Assembly (NCBI RefSeq): GCF_964355755.1
Contig: NC_092677.1
Span: forward strand, 13,104,101 to 13,168,100
Reading direction: 5' to 3'
Length of the DNA: 64,000 bases
DNA from: Antedon mediterranea
Taxonomy: Eukaryota > Animalia > Echinodermata
The translations under genes were made by a program, and so were the position numbers. The notes beneath the pieces were generated by a model, which worked only from the letters and a program-made list of their open reading frames with translations, was not told the origin of the DNA and did not search any database. Positions 51,105 through 62,978 of the stretch are shown in pieces; position 1 is the stretch's first letter, and every line of letters begins with the position of its first letter.

Positions 51105-51649
51105 ATTACACCCAGTAGCTTCGTCTCGCTGGTTTGTTCTGTTTTTCGGTTGTTTCTTTGTTCTTTCTTTCTTCTGTTACTGTTTGCTGACAACCACTCC
51201 GATTCCCTCGAACTGTGGTCAGTAGAGGACTGGTACCCACTTCCATTTATGTGGTTTTCATGATTAGGGTCAAAGGTCACATACGGTTCAGTATGTTCAA
51301 AATTCCAAAATATATAAAAAAATTACTTGTCCCACAAATAACATAATAACAGTCTTCTCTTTTAAAAATATGTGTTTTTTGTGATACCGTGTCTTCAGAA
51401 TGTTAGGATCAAAGGTCAGGAAAGTTTTTTTGTAGCAGAAATTCTACTACTTGTAGACGACAACTCTGATTTCCTCTAAAGTCAGTCAGTATGTGATATT
51501 AATAACTTAGGATCAAGGGTCAAATATGGGTCAGTATGATAACACAAAAATTAATAAACAAATAACATAGTTCAGTTCTCTCTTTCGCACATATTATGCA
51601 TTGTTATGATACAGTGTCTTCGGAGGAATGTCCATGAAATTAGGATCAA
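51105..51649 (-). repeat. Repeat with recurring (T)TAGG(A/G)TCAA(A/G)GGTCA motifs; related copy at ~35100-35320
   Basis: Motif at 51264, 51403, 51507 and 51640 (the last split by the LINE). gtgacctttgaccct plus an A-rich end also occur at 35138-35320. Confidence 0.5.
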
Positions 51650-52914
51650 TACTTTAATATCAGAGGCAATGTCTGGAAATGGATCAAGTCATTTCTATTG
51701 GGACGTTCCCAAAGAGTCTTGTATCAAGGATCCATTAGCCCATCATCCCCAGTTACCTCTGGCATACCACAGGGCAGCGTACTTGGACCCCTTATTTTTA
51801 ACTTATTTATAAATGACCTTCCCTCATCTATTATTTCTCCATGTGCATTGTTTGCCGATGACACGATAATTTATAGAAATATATTTACTGTAGACGATGA
51901 AGTTGTTCTTCAGTGCGATCTGATCAGGCTTTCCTCTTGGTGTGATCTAAATGAAATGGAGCTTAACTTAAATAAAACCAAGGTTCTCCACATTACAAGA
52001 TCAAGGAAAGAGTATAGACCTGTTTATCGTATAAATGACTTGCCTATTAAATCCGTATCTAGTCATTGTCATCTGGGGGTCACGATTAATAGTGAACTTA
52101 CTTGGGATGACCATGTAAACTTAATTATTTCTCGTTCAAATCGAATGTTGGGTTTTATTACTAGTATTGCAGGAGGATCATCCCCTTCAGCTATTTTTTC
52201 ACTCTATAAAGCTCTCATTGTCCCCATCCTTGAATATGGTGTCCCAGCGTGGTTGCCTCGAACCAAAAAACTTACGGAACGTATCGAGGCAGTCCAGCGA
52301 AGGGCTACTAGGCTTGTCCTTAAACAAACAAGAGGTGAAATGGAATATGAGGAACGTCTCACTAAGCTTAATTGGCCTACACTATCTAATCGAAGAAATT
52401 ATCTTCTGTTATCCTTTGTTTGTAAATCACTTATTGGAACGGTTGATTGTAGTAGTGTTCGTCAATCTTTAGTTGTTAATGGCCGTCACCTTGATACACT
52501 TAAGTTCATTCATCACTATGCTCGAACCAATTGTCTTCATCATTCCGCTGATAATATATTCCCTAGGTTGTGGGAAGAATTACCGGAAATGATTAAAAAT
52601 TATTTAATTTTAGAAAGTTTTCAAATATTTTTAAATTCACTTAAATCACATGTTTTATATTGACTTTGTTAAATCGACTATTATGTATTTTATCCGTTTA
52701 TTTTATATTGACACTGTTGATTCGTCTTTTTGTTTTTTAAATATTTTTATATAGTTTATTTTATATCATTGTTGTTACTTTGGGAGTACGGAACCTGAAC
52801 TCTTGTTATAGTGATTAGGTTCACTTTTAGGTTCCTGCCTACTCCCTTAGTTTCTGTGTTTTGTTTGTTTGTAACTGGTTTTTGGCAATAAATAATAATA
52901 ATAATAATAATCAA
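51645..52914 (+). mobile_element. 5'-truncated CR1/L2-group LINE with (AAT)n tail and 5-bp ATCAA duplication
   Basis: The RT frame is open from 51644. AATAAA at 52887, (AAT)n to 52910, and ATCAA at 51645-49 and 52910-14. Confidence 0.9.
51647..52663 (+). CDS. Partial reverse transcriptase of a CR1/L2-group LINE
   Basis: QYFNIRGNVWKWIKSFLLGRSQRV...SGIPQGSVLGPLIF..FINDLP..LFADD..HLGV..IEAVQRRATR; no internal stops. Confidence 0.88.
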   Translation, partial: QYFNIRGNVWKWIKSFLLGRSQRVLYQGSISPSSPVTSGIPQGSVLGPLIFNLFINDLPSSIISPCALFADDTIIYRNIFTVDDEVVLQCDLIRLSSWCDLNEMELNLNKTKVLHITRSRKEYRPVYRINDLPIKSVSSHCHLGVTINSELTWDDHVNLIISRSNRMLGFITSIAGGSSPSAIFSLYKALIVPILEYGVPAWLPRTKKLTERIEAVQRRATRLVLKQTRGEMEYEERLTKLNWPTLSNRRNYLLLSFVCKSLIGTVDCSSVRQSLVVNGRHLDTLKFIHHYARTNCLHHSADNIFPRLWEELPEMIKNYLILESFQIFLNSLKSHVLY

Positions 52915-53252
52915 GGGTCATGAAGGGGTGGGATCCGCTATAAAATAATGATAAACAATGTTAGCTTATTTGAGAGACAGTTTTTAGCTGTAGTCTAGAA
53001 AAACGGATGAGTTATCAGTTAGACATTTTCATTGATTTGTATTTTTTATACAGTAGTGTCAGCGGTGTGTTAAATGAGAAAGGTTTAAAGGGATTGTTCA
53101 ACAGAATAGACAGTACATTTTTTTTTTCATTTTCGATCATAGGTCATTTTCGATGTTTAGTATAGGGGGCGCTATACTAACTAATTAGAAAGAAGAAACG
53201 TTTACCCTGGGATGATTTAAAATGTGTCTATTGTAAAATTCATAGCATTTTG

Positions 53253-54152
53253 AAAGCTTATGGTCACGATCACAAAATTCAACTGATTGGGTTTATGTTC
53301 TATTGAACATAAACGGGTGTCTAGAAAACTCAGATATCTGAATTTTCTAGATCTAGAAAACTCAGATATCAATATCTGAGTTTTCTAGTTCCAAAATGGA
53401 ACTAGAAAACTCAGATCATCAAATGGATCGTTCCATTATTATTAGAGGGTAGCATATTTGAATACTACACAGTATTATACGTTTTCTTACTAATAATAAT
53501 AATTATTGTAACTTGTAGTAGCAGCCTAGTCTACGACTTAAATCATAAAGAAATACAGTATACACCTTTTAAAATGTAGGCTTATCATTTAGGCCTAGCT
53601 AAGCTAACTCAATTCAAGGCTCAACGTGTGGGCGCTATCGCGATGTATCGGGAAGAGTAGGCCTGGTCTTACAGTACTAGACTAGAAATGGTCAATTCGT
53701 ACCCAAAATAACTCGTACCTATTCCCAACTTGGCTAACTCGTACATGCCTCATTTTTAAGCCTATATTTTAACGGTAACATGCACTGTATTTTCGTTTTG
53801 ATTTAAGCCGTAGACCGCTTCTACATGTTACAATATTAGTAAGAAAACGTACACAGTAATCAGTTTTAATAATACTCTAGTATTTCAACTGACCTACCCG
53901 TTGATTAATAATGGAACGATCCAAATGACCTACCAACCAATAAAATGATGATCTGAGTCTAGAAAAGTCAGATATTGATATCTGAGTTTTCTAGATCTAG
54001 AAAAGTCAGATATCTGAGTTTTCTAGATCTAGAAAAGTCAGATACCTGAGTTTTCTAGATCTAGAAAACTCAGATATATCTAAGATCTGAGTTTTCTAGA
54101 CACACAACATAAACCCAGTCAGTTGAATTTTGTGACCGTGACCATAAGCTTT
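53253..54152. mobile_element. Small palindromic element split by the nested MULE-like insertion
   Basis: The left arm aaagcttatggtcacgatcacaaaattcaactgattgggtttatgttc pairs with the right arm (g)aacataaacccagtcagttgaattttgtgaccgtgaccataagcttt. Confidence 0.75.
53315..54105. mobile_element. Mutator/Foldback-like non-autonomous element with 9-bp TSD
   Basis: AACATAAAC|GGGTGTCTAGAAAACTCAG ... CTGAGTTTTCTAGACACAC|AACATAAAC (TSD 53306-14, 54106-14). Long imperfect TIRs built from the palindrome tctagaaaactcagatatctgagttttctaga. Confidence 0.82.
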
Positions 54153-56300
54153 AAAATATCTAGTTTATTTTCATATCAGGTTAAGGAAGAAATCCTAATC
54201 ATTTTCTATGAAAATATTTACTAAATATAACTGGATCACCTACTGTAACCCTCTATATAATCCCTCTCAACTAAGGATGGACATGGAATCCAGGGCATCA
54301 GTTTCCTAACTAAAGCCTAACATACTAGTTAGTGGTTGTTAGCAAATATTTCACAAATCTAGGAAAAAAGTACTTACCAATAGCTTTTTTTCGCCAAAGT
54401 GTTCAGAAAAATGTGTACTAACATATATCAATTAGTTCCAACTCTACTCCTAGGAAAAATTTTTGCTCAAAATGGTCGCCTATAACAACAAATTCACATA
54501 TATCTCGGTAACTAATGAAGGTACAGACTAATATTTGATCTCAAACTGTTTATAATATAGACTATTGGTAGGCCTAAGGAATTTTTGAAATTTGATAACT
54601 AGCTCTTACTATACATACGCCAAACATTTGGCTTTCCGAAAGATGATAATTTGATCTATTATCCATTCTTATATAGTGCCATTATAATTTCATAATTTAT
54701 GTCATATTTAATCTAATGAATTATTCATAATTTACCTAAATAATGCATCATTGTTGTAGGAATTGTAAAAGTTGTTTCATTGCTATGTTTTCGCATGGGT
54801 TGAAAGCGTTTTGTTTTTGTTAACAATCGTTTTTAACTATCACATAAACAACTTTGTTATTATTATTTATACCCATTTCGTCAGATTCTAGTGACGTCAT
54901 CGCGGTTTTACCATTTCCCTTATTATTGTATTATCATTATTGTATTACTCGAAAAATAAAAAAAAAACATCCAATTCGCATGACTCTGTTGCATATTACG
55001 TTGGGAGCGACATACTACGAAAGACAGTTAACGAACTTCATACGTATATCACACACATCTCTTGATAAAATCAGCAAGATAGTTTTAATTAAGTGTAAGA
55101 GCTATAGATTACATTCAGTTGATAGGGAAATATCATATTGGTTTTGGACGATTAAGTAATAGGTCAATGGTTCAATTTATAATAGCAACTAACACGAGTT
55201 CTTTGCAGTAATCCTCTATATATAATTGTTCATGACCATCTACCGCCATAATTCTTTAGTAGGCCCACCTATCATGTCCATAATTTTTAAATATAGTAAT
55301 AGTAATTCTTAATAGTAGAAAAGATTTAAATAATACAAATACTGTTATATTACTACTATGAATTCAATGGGTTACTATCCAAGTCGAGCAATCGGTAAGG
55401 TTTTGTACGCGTTCCGAAGAATTTTGGTACATTGCAGTAGAATATTTGATAATTTAAATTAGTACGTATACCTAATAATGGAATGAAAAAGAAATAAATT
55501 TCTTCTGTCTTATGCAAGTGTTGTTACTGGCTCGGTATGACTGGAATAAGTACATGGTAACATAGTATAGCAAAAGACGAGTAAATTAGTCCAAATTAAC
55601 CATACTAAAAAGTATGTGTTTTTCTTTCCAAAAGGACACTTCTTTAGAAACGTTGATATAATTATTTTTTTTTTTTTATAGTATTGAATTAAGTATTATT
55701 CGTATTGCCAAGTTCTAAGTTTGCATAGGTTCAACTTCTTCATAAATAATTCCGCAATTATAATAAAGAATATCGTTGCACGTCAAATCAACTTGTTGCA
55801 ATTTGTATTTGTCAGTTCAATCTTGATATTAGCACTCGCATGCGAGGCATCTTGTTAAAAGTCTATGTCATTAACATAGTATGTCCTACATACTGTTTAA
55901 TCAATGCAGTTAGTTGCACGCATAAACACAGCCTCTGGTGTTTATTATGATCAAAGCGGATATTGCATACATTTCAACGTTGAATTATTCTGACTGATAT
56001 CGGCGTCTTGCCTGGATTATCTAAAAAAAACGAGTTCCAAATAATTAAACTAAATTAAAAAATGATCCATTACAAATATGACTGCTCGCATTATTACCGA
56101 TATTCCACCTACATATACGTGAACAAATTTCGATCCAGATGTCGAAAGTTCAATTAATGATAATTATTGCTTTTGACCAACATATTCTAATTTTAATTAA
56201 ATTTAATCTGAAATAATAAATAATGTATGAGAGATGTTCCCGCGTGGAATATCTCAAAGGCTTGACAAAATACGAGAGGGCGCGCAAGGAAAGTATGAAT

Positions 56301-56410
56301 CAGAGCCATATTGAAAGAGTTACATTGCGTTCACGGATTTTAGAAAGTCACGTGGTACATTGTCAACCATCTTTGTGTCCAAACTATTCCTATGCAAAGT
56401 ATGGAGTTGC
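56301..56410 (+). mobile_element. Left-arm fragment of the CAGAGCCATA MITE family
   Basis: cagagccatattgaaagagttacattgcgttcacggattttagaaagtcacgtggt matches 61329-61390. Confidence 0.7.
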
Positions 56411-56792
56411 AAAAATATATTACGTTCAAATGACTTTAACTACCGAATTTCATATAAAAACAATTCATTTGTTTAAAGGTTTTTGTTAAAGTTATGTTAA
56501 TGCGAACATGAATTTAAACAACATGTAAACAATGCGTTAACTATAGAGAATCACTATCCAAATTATATGTGTACACGTAGAGCGTGCATGAAGCGGGCAA
56601 TGTTTTATTCCATTTCAGTAGTCCTCGATTGGAACCCATCAATCTTATTGGATGTATTTTTAGGGTTAGGTTATATTTATTCATCTTACAATTTTGGATT
56701 TTCAGAGAACATCTTTAGTACGAATTTAATGGGTTAGCCTTATAAATCACATGGGCAACTTATATATCAAAATATGCATTCCAGCAAAACGT

Positions 56793-56930
56793 AACTAATG
56801 TACTATTACTGGTAATGAATTCTATAGAACAACTACTTTGGCGCGATTGTGAATTTTCCACAACTAATGTACTATTACTGGTAATGAATTCTATAGAACA
56901 ACTACTTTGGCGCGGTTGTGAATTTTCCAC
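56793..56930 (+). repeat. 69-bp tandem duplication (2 copies)
   Basis: aactaatgtactattactggtaatgaattctatagaacaactactttggcgcg(a/g)ttgtgaattttccac at 56793 and 56862. Confidence 0.95.
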
Positions 56931-59067
56931 TACACGCCGAGTAATTCCCTATATATGGCCTTTTTCAGTGGCATTTTGATCATGATTATTGATGACATTA
57001 GGAGATTGAATATTGAACTACTATCGTGTAATATTTTTAAATGTTTCTATTTATAGCCGATTCAAAATTGAAACGGCGTTGCAATATATTTCAATAATGG
57101 CAATATTGAATGTATTTTTTTACCATAAATTAGAAAATTGTAATTTAGAATAATCTTGATCTCAATAGAATTATTACTATTTAACTAGACAGCAATAAAT
57201 AATGTGTCCCGAACAATATTTTATGTTAATTTTCTTTTAGGTGTAGATTTATTTGTATAAAATATTTCGAGCTCAAGTATTTTTATTATTAAAAAAAAAA
57301 CATGGTTAAAATAAAGAGCTCTCACAACCTATCTAAACAATTCATGCTCTAAGCTTCACTTATATCAGCAAAAGGTAGAAAAACCAAGAATTTTGTAATT
57401 AATGTTTGTGGTTTTTAAGAGTAATTGTTAATGTGTTTTAATAGTTTTGAAAACAAAAAAGAACAAAATTACAAAAACTACATCTGTAAAAAGAAAAAAA
57501 TATGCGATCTTATTCAATCAATTAATTGTATTGTCAATTATTGTTACTGTATTTTGATTGTACATTGTTTATGTTTTATCGGAGGAAAATAATCACTGTG
57601 GTCATGTTATATAGTGTTGTCAAAACAATATATAATCGAATCTATATTGTTTTGATAAAATTCCTAGAAAGTAGGAAGCCTGTTGTCATTTTCCTGTTAT
57701 ACAATTATCTTAAAATAAATGTTCAGCAAAAATGACCTAGCAACAGTTTTATTTTATCATGTTAGACCTACATAGCCACTGTTTTCTTGATAACATGCAG
57801 GAAAAGCACACAGCATGCTTTAACATAAACAAGCAAGAGATCGGGAGCCAATAATGTTAACCACTGCGTGCACCTATATAACCACCGAACGATATCTTCC
57901 AACAGCAATTTTAATTTTTAGTTAAACAACTGCTTGAGGAAATGCAATGCTTTTTTAACTAGTTATATAGCATTGCACGAGAACTTTATACTGTAGGATC
58001 GTGGGATTGATATTACAGTACCGTATGTAAGCAGCCACTAAGAATATCCAATATAGCACCTATTTCCAATGTTTAATATGCCGAAAGAAGACATAACCAC
58101 GATCCAGTGTCATCATTTTCAGGAATTGGATGACCATCATCCCACGCCGACTTAGTCGCTCTTACCAAATGTTCTCATATTTATGTTTTATTGTATTACT
58201 GATGTACGAGAATGTTGCCGCAAGCTGGTTTATAGCCTGGATTCTCTTTACATGTCAATACAATACAGTAATAAAGTGTGACAGAAAACCAAAAAGTATG
58301 TTTAACTAAAACATTTGACCAATCAGATGTATGATACATTACGGTATGCTTTTAGATAAAAACGTCAAAGAAATACCATTTTGGATATGGTTTAAGCCGC
58401 ACTTGGAATTAATTCAAACGTAAGAACCTATAAACCTATATAAGAGCATCAATCTGACAATTATGGGTTAGCAAACAATTCGATGTTTTTCAAAGACACA
58501 ATCTCCATTAGCATTACTAGAAGTCGTTTACGATTGTTGTGATTTCATAAAGTCAGCTTGAATACTATTATGTATTCAAGATAAATTCGACAGCAATTCA
58601 CGCTATCTTCTACTTGTACACGCGATATATTATGATGGTTTCCAATTTCTTATTTATGCAGAATAATAAAATGCTGGTAAATTTATTCATCAAGTCATGG
58701 CTACGTAATCCAAGATTTCTATCGCTTGGAATGGCAACGATTGGACAGGCAATGAAAAAGAATTTTTGCATACTTGCAGTTTACTATTATCAAGTTATTA
58801 ACTTATAACCTAATTATTATTGGATTATTAATTAGCTGTTTATGGATTGCTCACATCTATAGAATAACTTGACTCTACATTATGCGTACGTACAATAAAA
58901 TCATTCTAAATTACTTTATCCCTATACATAACCATCCTCCGGGGGCTTTCTATGAATTGTGCACTGTACCCAAGTAAAATGTATTTCTACTCTTAATTCT
59001 GCAAAAAGGAGGTTTCAAACATAGTCACAACACACCTAATAATTACACAATGAATCTGTCAATTTAA

Positions 59068-59337
59068 AGATATATTGTCTTCCCAAACATTTTTTCCCAA
59101 ATTTTATGTTTTGTTGAATATGCTATTTTAATGTCACATAGTAGTGACTTTGACCAAACTGGATTAGAAAAAAAAACATTTATTTACCTGAAAAAATGTC
59201 ATTTATTAAAGCAAGAAATATTTAAATTGTTTGTCAGACAATGGTTTTTGTTTAAACTAGTTTTTTTTATAAATGAAATAATATTTTTATTTGAATGAAT
59301 AACTTAATTAAAACTGCAAAATAGCACATCTATATCT
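59068..59337. mobile_element. Kolobok-like non-autonomous element
   Basis: TTAA|AGATATATTGTC ... CATCTATATCT|TTAA. Confidence 0.55.
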
Positions 59338-60814
59338 TTAATAATTACGAGACTACTTGGCATTGTCGTAAGTTCCAAAATCTCTATTTTACGACTGAAA
59401 GCATATCATAAATGAGATGCACTTTCGTAAAATTAATAATAATTATAAATTAGGGAATAAAGTGTCTGTAGGGAATCTGTGAATATTGATGAAGTAATGG
59501 AATGGCTCTATGGGGAGAGAATATCAGTTGGTTTATCTAGTACACAACGTAGTATACGAAAAAGAGCGAGTGAATTATATGCGTAAAATCGTGCAAAATT
59601 ATAGAGGGCGACTTTTACTAGAGTAAAGATGATGAGAAGATGGACCTATTCAAGATGGCGTTGTTACAGTTAAATAGTGTATTGCAATATTATTAATGCC
59701 CAACATTGTCATAAAGGATCACATATAACATTGATAGGACGCGTTTACAGTAGATGCATTACTTTAGATTAATTTTAATTTCGTTAAATGGTTCCATTTT
59801 GCGTACGTGGTTAGTTTTAGATTATAAATCATGGGCCTAGTGAAGAACACTCAATGATACGCATGCGCAACGAAATACAGTAGGGCTATACACATTCATT
59901 TATAACATCTGATCTCTCTTAACACATAACTATATACATTTTTAATGGAAAGACAGAAACTGTATACCCAGCGATACCTATAATATGTTTTACTTTATCT
60001 ATGAACACCTAACACCATTGGTTACTTGTGTGATTTATGCGTATAGATACATAATGTATATAAGTAAATGACTTTTAATCAGGAATTCTACTAAGTGCGA
60101 AAATCGATTACGTTTTATACAAATTGCCGTAAATAGCCTAATAATAGGATATATTATTACATACTCCCTTTTTAGTTATTATAATATCTAAGGACAGTTG
60201 ATGCATAACTAAACAGCAATAGTAGATCTTGTACAAGAGTGCTGATGCCTCCGTGATATATATATATACCCACCACCATACTTTTTCTTGCGCAGAAATT
60301 TGACATTTTTTAAGCGTTATAACAATATTTTACAATTATTATTAATCTTTCAAAAATAAGATTATAAGCAAATTTCTCAATTTTATTTATTTTGGGTTTA
60401 AATGGCTACATTTTAACTTTTTCGTTTGGTAATATTTTAATCAATGTTTAATTTGATGCAAATCATATAAAATTAAATACCGGTACAAACAACAGTCGAT
60501 TCTAATTATATATATATCCAATTTAGTTTATTACACAGATCCAATTTATTTATCTAACTTAATTAATATTTACCGATAATGAACATGATTTACGACAATA
60601 TAATACCATTTCGATATTGTCTTATATAATATTTATAGCATAGCATACGTTTATCTCGGAGTTCAACCACACGCGCAGTATGATGTTCAGTTATTTAAAT
60701 TCTATAGCTCCGTAGACGCATAACCTGACCATGGAATAAACAAACATCGATCAAACATAACGTACGGCATGCTATATGCACGATAAATACCGATTCAAAA
60801 GAAATACAATGTTT

Positions 60815-60892
60815 AACAAGGTCATATACATGGCTGCAGTCGCGTGCTCAAGTTAGTGTTGATCGACCAACCGACCGACATAGTGGGCTGTA
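60815..60892 (+). mobile_element. AACAAGG(C/T)CATATAC/(CCGA)n family copy
   Basis: aacaaggtcatatacatggctgcagtcgcgtgc...ccaaccgaccgacatagtgggctgta. Confidence 0.6.
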
Positions 60893-61328
60893 AAAAAACT
60901 ATGTAATATTAAAAAAAAAAAAACAAATAATAAATTGGGCTACTCAAAATAATAATTGTCCCCAAAAACATGAAAATGAAAATTGATCAAATCTGACTTT
61001 GAATGGGCCATTTTGCAGTTTTAACCAATTAGTTATTCATTTCCTTAGGAAAAAAACAAACAGACATGATTTCACTTTAAAGGACAAAGGAGGATTGTTT
61101 TGTTTATTATTACGTATTTTCAGTAAATATATTTATTGAACTATTATATAATCTTAAAATAGCATAATCAAAAACAATTCAGGGGTACAATACCAAGTTA
61201 CTTTAGTGAGTAAAATGAGGGCGGTACAAGTAATGACATCGAAGGTCGACAAAGAGGGCGACACACAGCTGTTGTGGACAGTAACTGTAGATAAATTCAA
61301 ATGATGGCGCTGTAGCATACATACCAAC

Positions 61329-61564
61329 CAGAGCCATAATAGAGAGAGTTACGACTTTGCGTTCATGGATTTTAGAAAGTCACGTGGTGTGCACGCCGGC
61401 CATGTTTGTGTCCAACTATGCCTATGTAGCGTATGGGGAGTCGAGTCATTGGCTTAAAAAATGTATAACATTCACAAGACTTGAACAACAAAGATTGCAG
61501 GTGTTCACCCCACGTGACTTTCTAAAATCCGTGAACGCAATAACTCTTTATATATATGGCTCTC
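61329..61564. mobile_element. Palindromic MITE with ~60-bp TIRs and near-perfect 9-bp TSD
   Basis: cataccaac|CAGAGCCATA...GGATTTTAGAAAGTCACGTGG ... CCACGTGACTTTCTAAAATCC...TATGGCTCTC|cataccaat. Confidence 0.78.
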
Positions 61565-62978
61565 CATACCAATATGACAACATATTTTTTTCCTTATTAG
61601 GTTAAGGCAGAAAGTAAAGAGGGCCTGAAATATAGTATTAAACATTGAGTGTAAAAGAAATTGAAGAATCTAACACTAAAATGACTTACATGTTTCATAT
61701 AAACGTTTTAATATAGGTCTATGTTACTAATTATGTTTCTGAAATATTTATTTTGTTGACATCCGGTTATAAATTACCATTCTTTAACATATACAGTAAC
61801 GTCTAAGTATCTACATGAATATTCTAGAATAGGAGAATGTTTAGATTTAAGAAACCATGTATAATTAATAAGAACAATCCGGAACATTCCAGAAGTGCTA
61901 TTAATAGAAACTGTAATCCAATAGAATAAGAAGTATAAAGAATGATCTAGAAGGTTTAGAACATATGGGGAAAGTATGACAATTTTAAGAAGGGGGAAGG
62001 ATTTTTGATTAAGGCATTTATTTTGAAGAAGGTTGGATACTAGATTGTAAAAGTTATGTAAAGCTGTTGTTTAAAGTGCTTACTGGATTTTTGAAAGTTG
62101 AAGTTGATTGAAATTAAAGCTTTGTTTTTAAATTATTTTACAACTTTGTGGATTTTGTGTGTATACTTTTATGTCACATAGAAGTATTTTAAAACGCTCG
62201 GAAACATACGTAAAGGGAGTTCGTGACACATCCAACAATGTACATATTAAATGAATTAATTAAAACTCACACATTACCTTAGAATCATAGCTAGGCTTAC
62301 ATATTAACAGATTCTGCCAAAAAAGGAAAAACAATTAATTCAGCAATGCGACAAGAGGCTAGGCCAATAGCAATGTACGATGTTCGTACGCTACCGCTCT
62401 TTATCAGCTAGGCCTACAAATTTAAGCCCAACTAAGCTGGCCTACGAGAAAACTTTTGACGCGAGCTACTTAGGTAGTGCACGGGTTTAAAATTTTTATC
62501 ATAATTGATCTTAATAGAACGCACATTTAAGACAAGAAATGTATGCATTAATTTTACAGAACGTCAAAAATTGCAGGTCCAGTATCTTGAACAGCATCGA
62601 GAGAGAAAGAGTAAGGTGCATCACCATGGAGGTATAAAATAATCGGTTTTGCGAGTATGACGTCATGAGCTCAGGCATGAATCATGAATATTCATTCATG
62701 ATATATGCACGCCCTCTAATTTTAGTTTTAATGCATCCTGGGTATAAAATAAAATAAAACCTCGAAGAGATTAGTAAACAAAAAATAATTCTGAACCTAT
62801 ATAAAAAGCAAACTGGCACATGCTTATAGTAGGCCCGGATGTAATAATGTTGTATACAAATTACTGGTGATGGAAGATACTGTTTGTAAATAGTAAAATA
62901 AAACTACAGATATCAGACTAATTTCAGTTCGGCGACTAACATTTGCTATTGTTAAGCACCTCCTATTTCAAAATCCTG

